64,000 nt of DNA from Christensenellaceae bacterium (GCA_031260975.1 JAISKJ010000003.1:559430-623429); one strand, 5' to 3'. Positions 17,513-27,536 are shown, numbered from the stretch's first letter. A program made the numbers and translations. Notes: generated from the sequence alone by a model not told the origin.

Positions 17513-20500
17513 TTACTTTGCGTTTGCAACAGCATCGGAAAGATTTACTGCCACCACCTTAGAAACACCCTTCTCCTCCATTGTCACACCATAAAGCCTG
17601 TCGCCAAGCTCCATAGTTGGCTTACGGTGAGTAATTACAATAAATTGAGTATCTTCAGCAAAACGTTTTAGATATTTTGCAAACCGCTCAACGTTAGAAT
17701 CATCAAGTGCCGCCTCAATTTCATCAAGCAAACAGAACGGCATAGGACGCAGTCTTAAAATTGCAAACAATATCGCAATTGCCGTAAGAGCTTTTTCGCC
17801 TCCGCTGAGAAGCGTTATGCTCTGAAGCTTTTTGCCCGGAGGCTCAGCTATAATATCAACACCGGCGTCAAGCGGGTCGCCCGATTCACTTTCAACCAAC
17901 TGAAGCCTTGCGTTTCCTCCGCCAAACAGCTCCCTGAATATCTTGCTGAAGTTGACCTGAATTTTGCTGAACTCACTGTCAAATCTGGCAGTCATCTCCT
18001 GCGAAAGTTCGGTGATAATTGTTATAAGGTCCTGCTTGGCCTTAATCAAATCGTCGGCCTGATTAGACATCTCGAAGAACCTTTCGCCCACAAGCTTACA
18101 TTCTTCAATGGCGTTTACGTTTACATAGCCAAGCTTGGCTATCTCTTTTTTAAGTATGCTTGTCTGAACCAGCCCGTTGTGCAGGTCATAACCATCTTCC
18201 TTATATTCAAGGCAGGTTGAATAAGTAAGCTCATACTCTTCAAATATGCGCTCCTGCATAGCCTCGATATCTGTGTCTACCTTTGCAAGTGCCATATCTT
18301 CTTGATACCTCTTTCCGGTTGCTCTGTTCATGTCTGCTGTAAGGTTATTTCGGTCCTCGTCTATAATCTTAAGTTCCACCTGAAGCTTCTGCTTGTGCTC
18401 ATCAAGGCTTCCAAGCTCCGCTTTAACCCTGTCAAGTTTGTCCATGTTTTCTTTATATGATTTTTCATCCTGACTAAGCGAAACTGCCCCATTATTTGAG
18501 CTAAGGTTATCTTCTGTTTTTGCTATTTGGTCACTCAGACGCAAAATCTCGCCCTCAGCGGCGGCTTCAATGTTCTTAAGCCTCTGAATTTCGGTGTCTA
18601 AAACTCCGATTTCGCTCTCAAGCGCTGCCACCTTAATTCGCAGTTCCGTCATGCGTTCATGGGTCTTGTCACGCCTGATTTTGATTGCATCCAGCATCTT
18701 CTGTTTTGCATCAATACCAGTGTTGGCAACAACACCTCCTTTGCCGTCGTCAATCTTTGAAATCGCGCTGTCAATGGCCATGATGTTATTTTGTATACCC
18801 ATTCTTTCAGTATCAAGCAAAATTCTCTCTTTGTCGTGTTCTTCAAGATATATCCTGCACTGTTCAAGGGTTTGATTTTCAGCAGCCAAAGAAAGCTGAG
18901 CCTTTACAACATCATCACTCAGTTTATCTGTTTCATCTGTCAGTTTTTCAATCGTTTTTTGAAGCGATATTTTTGCGCTCATAAGCTCTTTTGCATTCGC
19001 CTCAAGCTTGGCTATTTGTCCTTTAAGGTCATCTATCTCAACCTCACGCGACAGCAGGTTTGCAGTGATAGCCTTTGCGCTTCCCCCCGACATAGACCCC
19101 TGAGGATAAATTGTATCTCCGTCAAGGGTAACTATTTTAAATGCAAAATTAGATTTTTTTGCAAGCTCTACCGCATCATCAATGGTGCCCACAACAACTG
19201 TTCTGCCCAGCAAACTTTCAAACACAGGAGTGAGTTTCTGGTCAAACTTTATGATTCTGCTGGCAACACCATAACAGTTTTTGACCTTCAAAAATTCTTC
19301 TTCGTCACGGCCGAGCGTTTTGGGTTTCATTGTTGCAATCGGTAAAAAAGTCGCCCTGCCCAGGTCGTTCCGTTTAAGATAATTTATAAGGTCCTTGCTG
19401 TCTTTTTCGTTTCTGGTAATAATATTTTGAACAGCACTGCCCAAAGCCACCTCTATAGCTGTTTCAAATCCCTGAGGTATTGTAATTGACCCCGACACCA
19501 AACCTACAATCTTTTGTTTCAGGTCGGCATTGTTTTTACTGTCTTGCATCAGGCGCTTTATGCTATAAGCATACCCTTCATACGCCAACTGCATATCCTC
19601 CAAAACCTTCTTGCGGTTTTGCATGATTGCCACATTCGAAACACTTTTCATAACAGCCTCATTGTTTTCAGCGAGCTGCTTCTGCAACCCTTCAAGCTGT
19701 TCTGTTTTTTGTTCAAGGCTTGTTTTTAGGCCGGTATATTTCTCTTCCGCCTTTTGAGACTTGTCCTGACTGTTAGTCAGTTGCTTCTGACGCTCGCCAA
19801 TCTTTTGACTAAGCCCCGCGATTTTCTTTTCAAGGTCTTTAATGTTGCTGCTATAAGCCTCTTTTTGAGCTTTTAAGGCACTAAGATTTGATTTTATATC
19901 ACTGAACTTAGAAAGTGCCTCAATCACACCCCTCTGTTCCTCTTCGCTTTTGTGAGCCTCATCAACAATGGAAAGATATTCTTTTTGTGTTTGTTCACTC
20001 TGTTGTTTGAGGGTATCTAATTCCTTTTGTTTTTCACTTCTTTTGTTTAGCGTCTTTTCTATGTGAGTTCTGGCGAGTTTAGCAGTCTCTTTCTGCTCAG
20101 TTAACTCTTCTTCAAGCTTTTTCTTTTCTTCGCTGAGAAACTTTATCCTCTCTTTTATAACATTGGCTTCCCCTGTACGCTTTTCTATACCGACAGTCAG
20201 CTCCAGAATTTTGTTGTGCAGGCCTTCCATAGTTTTGTCAATGCCGCTAATCTCATCCATATTTTTGTTATACTTTTCATTGGCGCTGTCAAGCATCTGT
20301 TGTTTAAGTGCAATTTCTTCACTTAACGCGTCTATCTTTTCCTGAATTTTGGCCTTGTTGTCGCTGGCGCTTTCAAATTGATAAACATAGGTATTTATTT
20401 CAAAATGTTTTAGCTGGTCCCTAAACTCCAAATACTTCCTTGCATTTTCAGCCTGCTTTTTAAGCGGCCCCAGCTGCCTGTCAACCTCACTTAAAATATC

Positions 20501-21079
20501 CTGAACACGTGTCAGGTTTTCGTCAGTCCTCAAAAGCTTTCTTTCAGCCTCAATCTTGCGCTGCTTAAACTTGGATATGCCCGCAGCCTCTTCAAAAATA
20601 GCTCTTCGGTTTTCGGGCTTGGCGTTTATAATTTCATCTACCTTCCCTTGACCTATAATAGAATAGCCGTCCCTGCCTATTCCGCTGTCGTGCAAAGCGT
20701 CAACAATATCCTTTAACCTGCAGGGTGTGCGGTTAATAAGGTATTCACTTTCGCCCGAGCGGTAAAGCTTTCGGGTTATGACCATCTCGTCAAAATTTAG
20801 ATTAAAAATTCGGGCGGTGTTGTCAAAAACAAGTGAAACCTCACAAAAACTGAGGCTTTTTCTTCTTTCGGTTCCGTTAAAAATAACGTCCTGCATGCTG
20901 GTTCCGCGCAAAAGCTTTGAACTCTGCTCACCCAAAACCCATCTCACAGCATCGGCAACATTACTCTTGCCACAACCATTGGGTCCCACAATACAAGTAA
21001 CACCGTTTTCAAATTTAATTTCCAGCCGGTCAGCAAAGGATTTAAATCCCGCCAACTCAATTTGTTTAAAATTTACCAT
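17513..21079 (-). CDS. smc: chromosome segregation protein SMC
   Basis: 1188 aa. Walker A GPNGCGKSN, long coiled coils, hinge, LSGGEK signature, Walker B LLDEIEAALD. Confidence 0.95.
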   Translation of the reverse strand: MVNFKQIELAGFKSFADRLEIKFENGVTCIVGPNGCGKSNVADAVRWVLGEQSSKLLRGTSMQDVIFNGTERRKSLSFCEVSLVFDNTARIFNLNFDEMVITRKLYRSGESEYLINRTPCRLKDIVDALHDSGIGRDGYSIIGQGKVDEIINAKPENRRAIFEEAAGISKFKQRKIEAERKLLRTDENLTRVQDILSEVDRQLGPLKKQAENARKYLEFRDQLKHFEINTYVYQFESASDNKAKIQEKIDALSEEIALKQQMLDSANEKYNKNMDEISGIDKTMEGLHNKILELTVGIEKRTGEANVIKERIKFLSEEKKKLEEELTEQKETAKLARTHIEKTLNKRSEKQKELDTLKQQSEQTQKEYLSIVDEAHKSEEEQRGVIEALSKFSDIKSNLSALKAQKEAYSSNIKDLEKKIAGLSQKIGERQKQLTNSQDKSQKAEEKYTGLKTSLEQKTEQLEGLQKQLAENNEAVMKSVSNVAIMQNRKKVLEDMQLAYEGYAYSIKRLMQDSKNNADLKQKIVGLVSGSITIPQGFETAIEVALGSAVQNIITRNEKDSKDLINYLKRNDLGRATFLPIATMKPKTLGRDEEEFLKVKNCYGVASRIIKFDQKLTPVFESLLGRTVVVGTIDDAVELAKKSNFAFKIVTLDGDTIYPQGSMSGGSAKAITANLLSREVEIDDLKGQIAKLEANAKELMSAKISLQKTIEKLTDETDKLSDDVVKAQLSLAAENQTLEQCRIYLEEHDKERILLDTERMGIQNNIMAIDSAISKIDDGKGGVVANTGIDAKQKMLDAIKIRRDKTHERMTELRIKVAALESEIGVLDTEIQRLKNIEAAAEGEILRLSDQIAKTEDNLSSNNGAVSLSQDEKSYKENMDKLDRVKAELGSLDEHKQKLQVELKIIDEDRNNLTADMNRATGKRYQEDMALAKVDTDIEAMQERIFEEYELTYSTCLEYKEDGYDLHNGLVQTSILKKEIAKLGYVNVNAIEECKLVGERFFEMSNQADDLIKAKQDLITIITELSQEMTARFDSEFSKIQVNFSKIFRELFGGGNARLQLVESESGDPLDAGVDIIAEPPGKKLQSITLLSGGEKALTAIAILFAILRLRPMPFCLLDEIEAALDDSNVERFAKYLKRFAEDTQFIVITHRKPTMELGDRLYGVTMEEKGVSKVVAVNLSDAVANAK

Positions 21080-21232
21080 TGGTCTACCCTTTTAAGTTCA
21101 TAATTTTGTATTATAATTCAGCACTTTTCCTTATCATTTTATTATTTCCATTATTGTTTCTTAATTAAATTGTCTCGTCACTTCCTTGTCTTGTTGACAG
21201 CTCGGCCTGCTTCTGATATGACAGAAAAAGTC

Positions 21233-21883
21233 TCAGTCCTTTGTTATTTTGTTAAGTGCCTGCTCGGCTGCACTCATCTGGGAATGTTTCTTGCTGTTAC
21301 CGCTGCCAACACCGCATAGCTGTCCGCCAATAAATACCTTAGAATAATATTTACCATCTTCCTGCGGTTTTTCAGGCGTATCATACTTTGGAAGCTCGCC
21401 GCCATCCTTCTGTGTAATCTGCTGAAGACGGGTTTTGAAGTCATTGTCTTGAGCTATAAGCTTTTCAAAGTCAAAGTGAGTTTTTAAAAATTTCAGGCAG
21501 TCACCCAAATCCCTGCTGTCCTGCCAAATAGCACCTATAATAGCTTCAACCAAATCAGCCTTTGCTTTTATGTCCTCAATGTCACCCTTACCGTCAAAGC
21601 TCCTGCCAAGCCGAATGTTTTCAAAAAACTTTTCTCCAACCTTTGACAGAACTTCGTTTTTGTTAATCCTTGAGCGATTTTGCGTAAGCTCCCCTGCTGT
21701 TGCAATCTTATGGTTATTAAATAAATAATCACTGATAAGCATATTAAGCACACTGTCACCAAGATATTCAAGACGTTCGTTGCTGAGCTCATTATATTCA
21801 TTGGCATAAGAAGCATGCGTAAATGCCTGTTTCAAAAGCCCGGGGTCTTTAAATTCATAACCAATACTTACTTTTTTCATCAT
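21233..21883 (-). CDS. rnc: ribonuclease III
   Basis: RNase III signature ERLEYLGDSVL and C-terminal dsRBD. Start overlaps the plsX stop by 4 nt. Confidence 0.9.
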   Translation of the reverse strand: MMKKVSIGYEFKDPGLLKQAFTHASYANEYNELSNERLEYLGDSVLNMLISDYLFNNHKIATAGELTQNRSRINKNEVLSKVGEKFFENIRLGRSFDGKGDIEDIKAKADLVEAIIGAIWQDSRDLGDCLKFLKTHFDFEKLIAQDNDFKTRLQQITQKDGGELPKYDTPEKPQEDGKYYSKVFIGGQLCGVGSGNSKKHSQMSAAEQALNKITKD

Positions 21884-22881
21884 TCCCCCGAATATTGAAG
21901 CGCAGAAAGTTTATCTATCAAACCGGCTTTGTGCATCTTGACAATCTGCTCAATTGAAGCCAAAAAGGTTCGGTCAAGGCTTGAGCCGTGGGTTTTTACT
22001 ACCAGCTTCTTAACCCCAAGCAATGGTGAGCCGGGATAGTTGGTATAATCCAGCTTCTTTTTTAGCTGCTTAAATGTAGGCTTCAAAAGAAGTCCGCCCA
22101 TTTTGCCAAGAGCTGTGGATTTAATCTGCTTTTTTATCAAATTAAGACTGAACGCCATTGTTCCTTCAGTAGATTTAATAAGCACATTGCCGGCAAAACC
22201 ATCAGCTACAACAACGTCATAGTTTCCGCTCAAAAAGTCTCTGGCTTCCATGCTGCCTGCATAGTTAATGTCTTTTAGTTTTTTAAGCTCTTCATGAGCC
22301 TGCTTGACAAGCTCGTTTCCCTTGTGTTCTTCCGTTCCGACATTAAGAAGGCCCACTCTGGGGTTTTCAATGCCAAAAATATTTTTCATATATATGCTGC
22401 CCATCATGGCAAAGTGCACCAGATTTATGGGCTTGCAATCCATATTTGCGCCAACATCAATCGGCATAACCCACTCGCCTTTGATTGTAGGAAAAAGCGG
22501 CGCCAAACTTGGACGTGATATTCCGGCAATTCTTCCTATCTTCAAAAATCCTCCGGTAAGTATGGCTCCCGTGCTGCCGGCCGACACCAAACCTACAACA
22601 TCATCCTGCTTGAGAATGTCAAACGCCCGCACCAATGAAGAGTCGGTTTTTGCTTTAATTGCTTCAACAGGTGGCTCATTGTTTCCTATCACCTGAGTGG
22701 TATGCACAATCGATATTTTGTCACCGGTATAGTTTATATCCTTCAAAACTTGTTTGAGCTGAGTTTCGTCTCCTGTAATTATAATTTCAAGTTCGGGGTT
22801 GTTTGTGACTGCCGTCACTGCCCCTTTAACTGCCTCCAGCGGAGCGTTATCTCCGCCAAAACCATCAAGTACTATTTTCAT
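21880..22881 (-). CDS. plsX: phosphate acyltransferase PlsX
   Basis: MKIVLDGFGGDNAP start and HGSS motif, ~333 aa. SD AAGGAGAG. Confidence 0.95.
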   Translation of the reverse strand: MKIVLDGFGGDNAPLEAVKGAVTAVTNNPELEIIITGDETQLKQVLKDINYTGDKISIVHTTQVIGNNEPPVEAIKAKTDSSLVRAFDILKQDDVVGLVSAGSTGAILTGGFLKIGRIAGISRPSLAPLFPTIKGEWVMPIDVGANMDCKPINLVHFAMMGSIYMKNIFGIENPRVGLLNVGTEEHKGNELVKQAHEELKKLKDINYAGSMEARDFLSGNYDVVVADGFAGNVLIKSTEGTMAFSLNLIKKQIKSTALGKMGGLLLKPTFKQLKKKLDYTNYPGSPLLGVKKLVVKTHGSSLDRTFLASIEQIVKMHKAGLIDKLSALQYSGE

Positions 22882-22894
22882 TTATTCTCTCCTT

Positions 22895-22986
22895 GGGGCG
22901 CTCCCCACTGCGGGTGTCTTCACCCGCCGGCCCGCACAAAAGCACGGGCCACCCCGCCCTTGCGGGCGGGGCGTGGGGAGCGCCAT
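22895..22986. repeat. GC-rich ~90-nt element able to fold as a four-way junction (outer stem plus three hairpins), in the plsX leader
   Basis: Outer stem GGCGCTCCCCAC/GTGGGGAGCGCC. Hairpins GCGGGTG-n4-CACCCGC, GGCCCG-n10-CGGGCC, CCCCGCCC-n4-GGGCGGGG. Single-nucleotide linkers. Confidence 0.65.
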
Positions 22987-23064
22987 TATTCATACTTTTA
23001 TTTTACTATAAAACACGCCATTTTACAAGCATTTTATAGACAAAAAATTAAACCTCTTTCCCCC

Positions 23065-23122
23065 GAACGACTCTGCAGGCGATGAAGTCACCGAAGCCTT
23101 AGTGAAGTGATAGGTGGCCACA
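23065..23122. repeat. short modular repeat (GAACGAYTCTGCAGGC / AAGCCYTAGTGAAGTGA / GTGGCCAC modules)
   Basis: The same three modules recur in a different order at 57530..57577. Confidence 0.5.
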
Positions 23123-23131
23123 TCTTCCCCA

Positions 23132-23158
23132 ACAAAAAACTACCACAATTGTGATAGT
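23132..23158 (-). terminator. rpmF terminator
   Basis: Minus strand: ACTATCACA at TGTGGTAGT followed by T6. Confidence 0.65.
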
Positions 23159-23168
23159 CTTTTAATTC

Positions 23169-23363
23169 TTACTTCTTTGCTTCTTCTTTTTGCTTTACCA
23201 CTTCTTTGCCGTTATAATATCCGCATTTTGAGCAAACAACATGCGGTAAAATCTGCTCTTTACAATGCGGACAAACCACCAAAGTAACCTGAGCGGCCTT
23301 GGAGTTTGCCGAATTACGTCTTCTGGTTCTTGCCTTGGAAGTCTTCTTCTTAGGAACTGCCAT
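23169..23363 (-). CDS. rpmF: 50S ribosomal protein L32
   Basis: MAVPKKKTSKARTRRR start and CxxC...CxxC zinc ribbon. Confidence 0.95.
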   Translation of the reverse strand: MAVPKKKTSKARTRRRNSANSKAAQVTLVVCPHCKEQILPHVVCSKCGYYNGKEVVKQKEEAKK

Positions 23364-23402
23364 TAAAATTTCCTCCTAGTTTTAAGTTCATTTAGTCTAG
23401 TG

Positions 23403-23431
23403 ATTATACCTGCTTTTGCTTGGTTTGTCAA
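23403..23431 (-). promoter_or_regulatory. rpmF promoter
   Basis: TTGACA, 17 nt, TATAAT. Confidence 0.7.
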
Positions 23432-23481
23432 CTCTTTTTTATGGGAAAATACAATTGTTTAATAGCAGTTTTCACTATACA

Positions 23482-23572
23482 TCATTACAAGTAAGTTTTA
23501 CTGACTAAGCAATCTTAAAGTTAAAGTACTTATACCATGAGATTGCCGCGTTCACTATGCTTCTGCAATAAC
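23482..23572. repeat. family 1 repeat, degenerate copy
   Basis: TCATTACAAG..TAAGCAATCT ... ATGAGATTGCCGCGT..CTGCAATAAC. Shares the exact 15-mer with 1360..1374. Confidence 0.4.
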
Positions 23573-23663
23573 AGTAAATCCCTCAATTTAAAAAAATTCT
23601 GCATTTTTATTTGGCTTAAAACCTCGGTTGTTGTATAATTACATTATAAACGAGAAAAAACCT

Positions 23664-24866
23664 ATGAAACAGACAAAAATTTGTGCCATTATATGTGAAT
23701 ATAACCCTCTTCACAACGGGCACGCCCTACAACTTAATAAGGCAAGGGAGCTCAGCGGCTGCGACCATGTTTTGTGTATAATGAGCGGAAATTTTACGCA
23801 GCGGGGTGACGCTGCGGTGTTATCCAAGCACAAACGCGCCTATATCGCCCTGCACGCCGAAGCTGACGCCGTAGTGCATTTACCTACCGCTTTTTCATGT
23901 TGCAGCGCAGAAGTTTTTGCTTTGGCTGCATGTGTTATAGCAAACAGCTTTAAAAATGTAACTCACCTATGCTTTGGCAGCGAATGCGGCGACATCTGGC
24001 CGCTTCTTGACGCAGCCGAATTTTTCCGTGATGAGCCAAAAGCCTATTCACAAAAATTGAAGGCATTTCTGCTTGAAGGTCAAAGCTATAACTCTGCTAG
24101 GCTAAAAGCTCTTGAGTCCACCGAAAACACCAATATTATGCAAACGGTATCAAGTCCAAATAATATTCTTGGAGTAGAATATATCAAAGCCCTCAAAATA
24201 TTGAAGTCAGCCATTACGCCAATAACAGTCAGACGTCAAACAGAAACCGTCAGCGAAAACAAGGTGACCACCTTTGCTTCCTCCACAACCATACGAAATG
24301 AGCTATATAAATCAAACAACCCCAAAAGCACTGCCGCAGCCATGCCCAAACCGATATTCAAACTGTTTAAGCAGGAAATTGAAAAACAAGGTATTCTCAA
24401 CATTAAGCTATTTGACCAGCTCAAGCTAAATAGCTTACGCCTAATCAAACCCGAACAGCTCCAGCAAGTTTTTGATGTAAATGAAGGCTTAGAAAACAGA
24501 CTTATAACTCTTAGCAGAACCAGCCCCGACTTCATGTCGTTTATGAAAAGCACTTTGACAAAGCGTTATTCCGAGCGCAAAATAAACCGCATTGCAATCG
24601 GCAGCATGACAGGTATAAATAAGGATATAATAAAAGAGTTATACCGAACACTGAAACTCCCTTATATCAAACTGCTTGCTGCTAAAAAAAGCGTACTGCC
24701 ATACCTTGAGTGCTCTGTGCCGTTCATAACCCGCTCCAGCGAAACCAAAGACCTAAGCTGCGCCATATCCGAAATTGAAGAGCGGGCTGATGCACTTTAT
24801 ACGCAGCTAAATAATCTCAAAACCGTAAATGTACCCTATTTAATGCAGCAGCCGGTTATAATTTAA
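23664..24866 (+). CDS. tmcAL: YlbM/TmcAL-family nucleotidyltransferase (tRNA-Met cytidine acetate ligase-like)
   Basis: ICEYNPLHNGHALQL (HxGH motif), MSGNFTQRGD. The track TTG start at 23628 lies inside a TTGGCT-17-TATAAT promoter, so the ATG at 23664 is preferred. Confidence 0.8.
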   Translation: MKQTKICAIICEYNPLHNGHALQLNKARELSGCDHVLCIMSGNFTQRGDAAVLSKHKRAYIALHAEADAVVHLPTAFSCCSAEVFALAACVIANSFKNVTHLCFGSECGDIWPLLDAAEFFRDEPKAYSQKLKAFLLEGQSYNSARLKALESTENTNIMQTVSSPNNILGVEYIKALKILKSAITPITVRRQTETVSENKVTTFASSTTIRNELYKSNNPKSTAAAMPKPIFKLFKQEIEKQGILNIKLFDQLKLNSLRLIKPEQLQQVFDVNEGLENRLITLSRTSPDFMSFMKSTLTKRYSERKINRIAIGSMTGINKDIIKELYRTLKLPYIKLLAAKKSVLPYLECSVPFITRSSETKDLSCAISEIEERADALYTQLNNLKTVNVPYLMQQPVII

Positions 24867-25006
24867 GAACTCAATTATCTTTTTATAAAAAAGCCGGCGG
24901 AAAGACCGTCGCCAAAAGGTTTTTATTGTGTTATACACAAACCGAGCTGAATAACACATGCAACCCGCATATGACGATGAGAAAAATCTTTTGAAAGGAG
25001 GAATTT

Positions 25007-25483
25007 ATGAAAAAAGTCATGTCTAAAGCCGATCAGGACAAGTGGAACAAGCGTTATATGGAGCTTGCAGAATTTATAAGTAATTGGAGCACCTGCATCA
25101 GAGACAAGCGTCAGGTGGGGGCTGTTATTGTCAAAAATAACCGCCTTATGACATTGGGATATAACGGAGCTCCCTCAAATATTCAAAACTGCCGTGAGCG
25201 CGGGTATTGCATAAGAGAGCGCGACAATATCGCAAGCGGCACCTGCATGGAACACTGCTACTCCATCTGCGCCGAGCAAAACGCTATAATTCAGGCAGCA
25301 AAGCTGGGGCTTAGTGTTGAAGGTGCTGTTATGTATAGCACACTTAGCCCCTGTCCCAACTGCGCACGGGCAATAATTACCAGCGGAATTGAAAAAGTAT
25401 ATTATAAACATGACTATACTAATGACTTCTCACGCTCATTATTCAAAGAAGCCGGTGTAGAGCTTATACAAATAAAAACCTAG
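25007..25483 (+). CDS. ComEB-type deoxycytidylate/cytidine deaminase with a Cys first zinc ligand
   Basis: CAEQNAI (Cys where dCMP deaminases usually have His) and PCPNCARAIITSGI. SD AAAGGAGG. Confidence 0.8.
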   Translation: MKKVMSKADQDKWNKRYMELAEFISNWSTCIRDKRQVGAVIVKNNRLMTLGYNGAPSNIQNCRERGYCIRERDNIASGTCMEHCYSICAEQNAIIQAAKLGLSVEGAVMYSTLSPCPNCARAIITSGIEKVYYKHDYTNDFSRSLFKEAGVELIQIKT

Positions 25484-25494
25484 CTATCACCTAG

Positions 25495-25521
25495 AAAATA
25501 CCGCACAGTGCGGTATTTTTT
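25495..25521. terminator. bidirectional terminator (deaminase / patatin)
   Basis: AAAATACCGCAC a GTGCGGTATTTTTT. Confidence 0.75.
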
Positions 25522-26401
25522 ATTCTTCTTCTAAACCCTCTGCAAAATATAGCGCGTCACATTCACTTATGTTAATCGGAGTTTCCTTAATCTCAGCCTT
25601 CTTTGGTTTTTTGCCGGTGGTAACCAGCTTTTTTATATCATCCATAACAGCAGCCGCGGCAGCTCTCCCATACTCAAGCGATTTTTGCATCTCACTCTTT
25701 CTAAAAAATGCCGGCGACACATCGGGCTGATAGACAGATATAAACACATCGCCCCGGTCCTTTTGAATGTCCACCTGATTTTTAAGCATAAGGTGCACCG
25801 AACTCATTGAAACCTCAAATACGTTTTTAAGCCGCCCAAAAGGCTTATATGTTCCGCATAAGTCCACAGCAATAACAACGTCAGCTCCAAGCGCGCGTAA
25901 AACATCCACAGGCAGGTTGTTGACTACCCCGCCGTCAATCAATATCATATTCTCTTTTTTCACCGGAGAAAATGCCAGCGGAACAGATATGCTGGCACGT
26001 ACTGCTTCCGCCAAATCTCCGCTGTCAAATATAACCTCCCTTCCGGTTTTCAAGTCACAGGCAACGCATCTAAACGGTATCTTAAGGTCGTCAAAAGTTT
26101 TTCCGCCAACCATATCATTAAGATATTTTTCTACATGCCTCCCACGCATAACTCCGTCAGGATACAGCGGATTGAGATTTAAGTCCACAATTTTATGGCG
26201 CTTGAAACTATCTACCAAATCAAGCATCTTGTCAATCTCAACACCCGAAGCAAAGGCCCCGCCCACAAGCGAACCGATTGAAGTGCCCGTAATCATATCT
26301 ATTTTTATGTTGTTTTTGACAAGCTCCTCTAAAACTCCCACATGAGCAATGCCAAGAGCCGCTCCGCCTCCCAAACATAAACCCACTTTTAAGTCTTTCA
26401 T
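25520..26401 (-). CDS. patatin-like phospholipase
   Basis: Oxyanion GGGAALG, nucleophile GTSIGS (GxSxG), catalytic Asp in IDGG. Confidence 0.85.
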   Translation of the reverse strand: MKDLKVGLCLGGGAALGIAHVGVLEELVKNNIKIDMITGTSIGSLVGGAFASGVEIDKMLDLVDSFKRHKIVDLNLNPLYPDGVMRGRHVEKYLNDMVGGKTFDDLKIPFRCVACDLKTGREVIFDSGDLAEAVRASISVPLAFSPVKKENMILIDGGVVNNLPVDVLRALGADVVIAVDLCGTYKPFGRLKNVFEVSMSSVHLMLKNQVDIQKDRGDVFISVYQPDVSPAFFRKSEMQKSLEYGRAAAAAVMDDIKKLVTTGKKPKKAEIKETPINISECDALYFAEGLEEE

Positions 26402-26495
26402 ATATCCTCCTCGGCATATACATAAAATGTATACATGCTATTTGTCTAGTATAACAGATTTTTAAGCTGAGACCAAAACAATTTGAGGAGGTTTT

Positions 26496-27458
26496 ATGAA
26501 AGCACTTACAAAGAAGATAGACAGCGACGCTGTCTTGATTATCCTGCTCCTTTTTTTGATTGCAATAATAGCAATAAATCCTCACAAATATGCAGCCTCC
26601 AGCTTAAGCGGGCTCACAGTTTGGGCCACAGCCGTACTTCCGGGGCTTCTGCCCTTTTGTTTCATAACCAAAATACTCTCATCTATTCCCAAAATTCAAA
26701 ATCTCACAAAACCTCTTGGTGCCGTCACCAAAAAGCTTTATAATACCGGCGGAATTTCGGGCTACATATTTTTTATGAGCATTATGTCAGGCTATCCGTT
26801 GGGAAGCAAACTCACGGCGGAGCTTTTTAAAAATAATATGCTCACCCGCGGAGAGGCACACCGCATAACAGCGTTTTCGTCCACCTCAGGGCCGGCCTTT
26901 GTGCTGGGCACCGTATCGGTTTTGATAGGAAGCGGTATCGGTGTGATTATATTTATCTCCCACATAATCGGCGCTGTTTTAAACGGACTGCTTTACCGAA
27001 AAGTTCAGTTTGACAAAACTGAGGAGCGCACCTATACTTCACAAAAGCCACTGAACCTGCTCAACGACAGCATGTATAATACTGTTATATCCTGCCTTGT
27101 AGTAGGCGGATTTATAACCGTCTCATTTGTGTTTATTGATATTCTGCTTGCTACAAATATTTTGTCTCCTGTCATAACTGTTGTCAATATGATAATACCA
27201 GGCCTTGGTCTGCCCGTAGGCTGCGGGCTTGTGGAACTTACCCGCGGCGTTATTGAGGCCTCAAGACTTTCAATACCCTCCATCACACTCACTGCATTGT
27301 GTTCGGGGCTTATATCCTTTGGAGGATTGTCAATCCACCTTCAAAGCATGGTGTTTTTAAAGGAATGTAACATCTCCTACCGCTATTTTGCACTCACAAA
27401 ATTCACCCATGCAATCCTTTCGGTGGGAGTATGTCTGCTTATAAATTTGATAATTTAA
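26496..27458 (+). CDS. ylbJ: YlbJ-like sporulation integral membrane protein (nucleoside-recognition/Gate domain)
   Basis: Polytopic membrane protein. N-terminal SSLSGLTVWATAVLPGLLPF resembles YlbJ. SD GAGGAGG. Confidence 0.65.
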   Translation: MKALTKKIDSDAVLIILLLFLIAIIAINPHKYAASSLSGLTVWATAVLPGLLPFCFITKILSSIPKIQNLTKPLGAVTKKLYNTGGISGYIFFMSIMSGYPLGSKLTAELFKNNMLTRGEAHRITAFSSTSGPAFVLGTVSVLIGSGIGVIIFISHIIGAVLNGLLYRKVQFDKTEERTYTSQKPLNLLNDSMYNTVISCLVVGGFITVSFVFIDILLATNILSPVITVVNMIIPGLGLPVGCGLVELTRGVIEASRLSIPSITLTALCSGLISFGGLSIHLQSMVFLKECNISYRYFALTKFTHAILSVGVCLLINLII

Positions 27459-27507
27459 AAAGTGCATAAAAAAGTAAAAATTTCATTATTTTTGCTCACT
27501 CTGGCTA

Positions 27508-27536
27508 TTGACATTAAGTTGTTTGTATGCTATGAT
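27508..27536 (+). promoter_or_regulatory. promoter of 27563..28144
   Basis: TTGACA, 17 nt, TATGAT with TGc. Confidence 0.55.

Noticed and set aside
22702-23085. ORFs 22702..23085 and 22799..23011 (+), rich in Pro/Arg/Gly/Ala
   Set aside because: They are read-through translations of the GC-rich palindromic element and the plsX antisense strand. They have no SD, and their composition is driven by the repeat.
21880-23168. Absence of fabD-fabG-acpP between plsX and rnc, and of yceD before rpmF, considered as a possible deletion scar
   Set aside because: The plsX/rnc overlap (ATGA-type, 4 nt) looks like an established compact operon, and gene order in this block varies among Clostridia. I note it as context, not as an anomaly.
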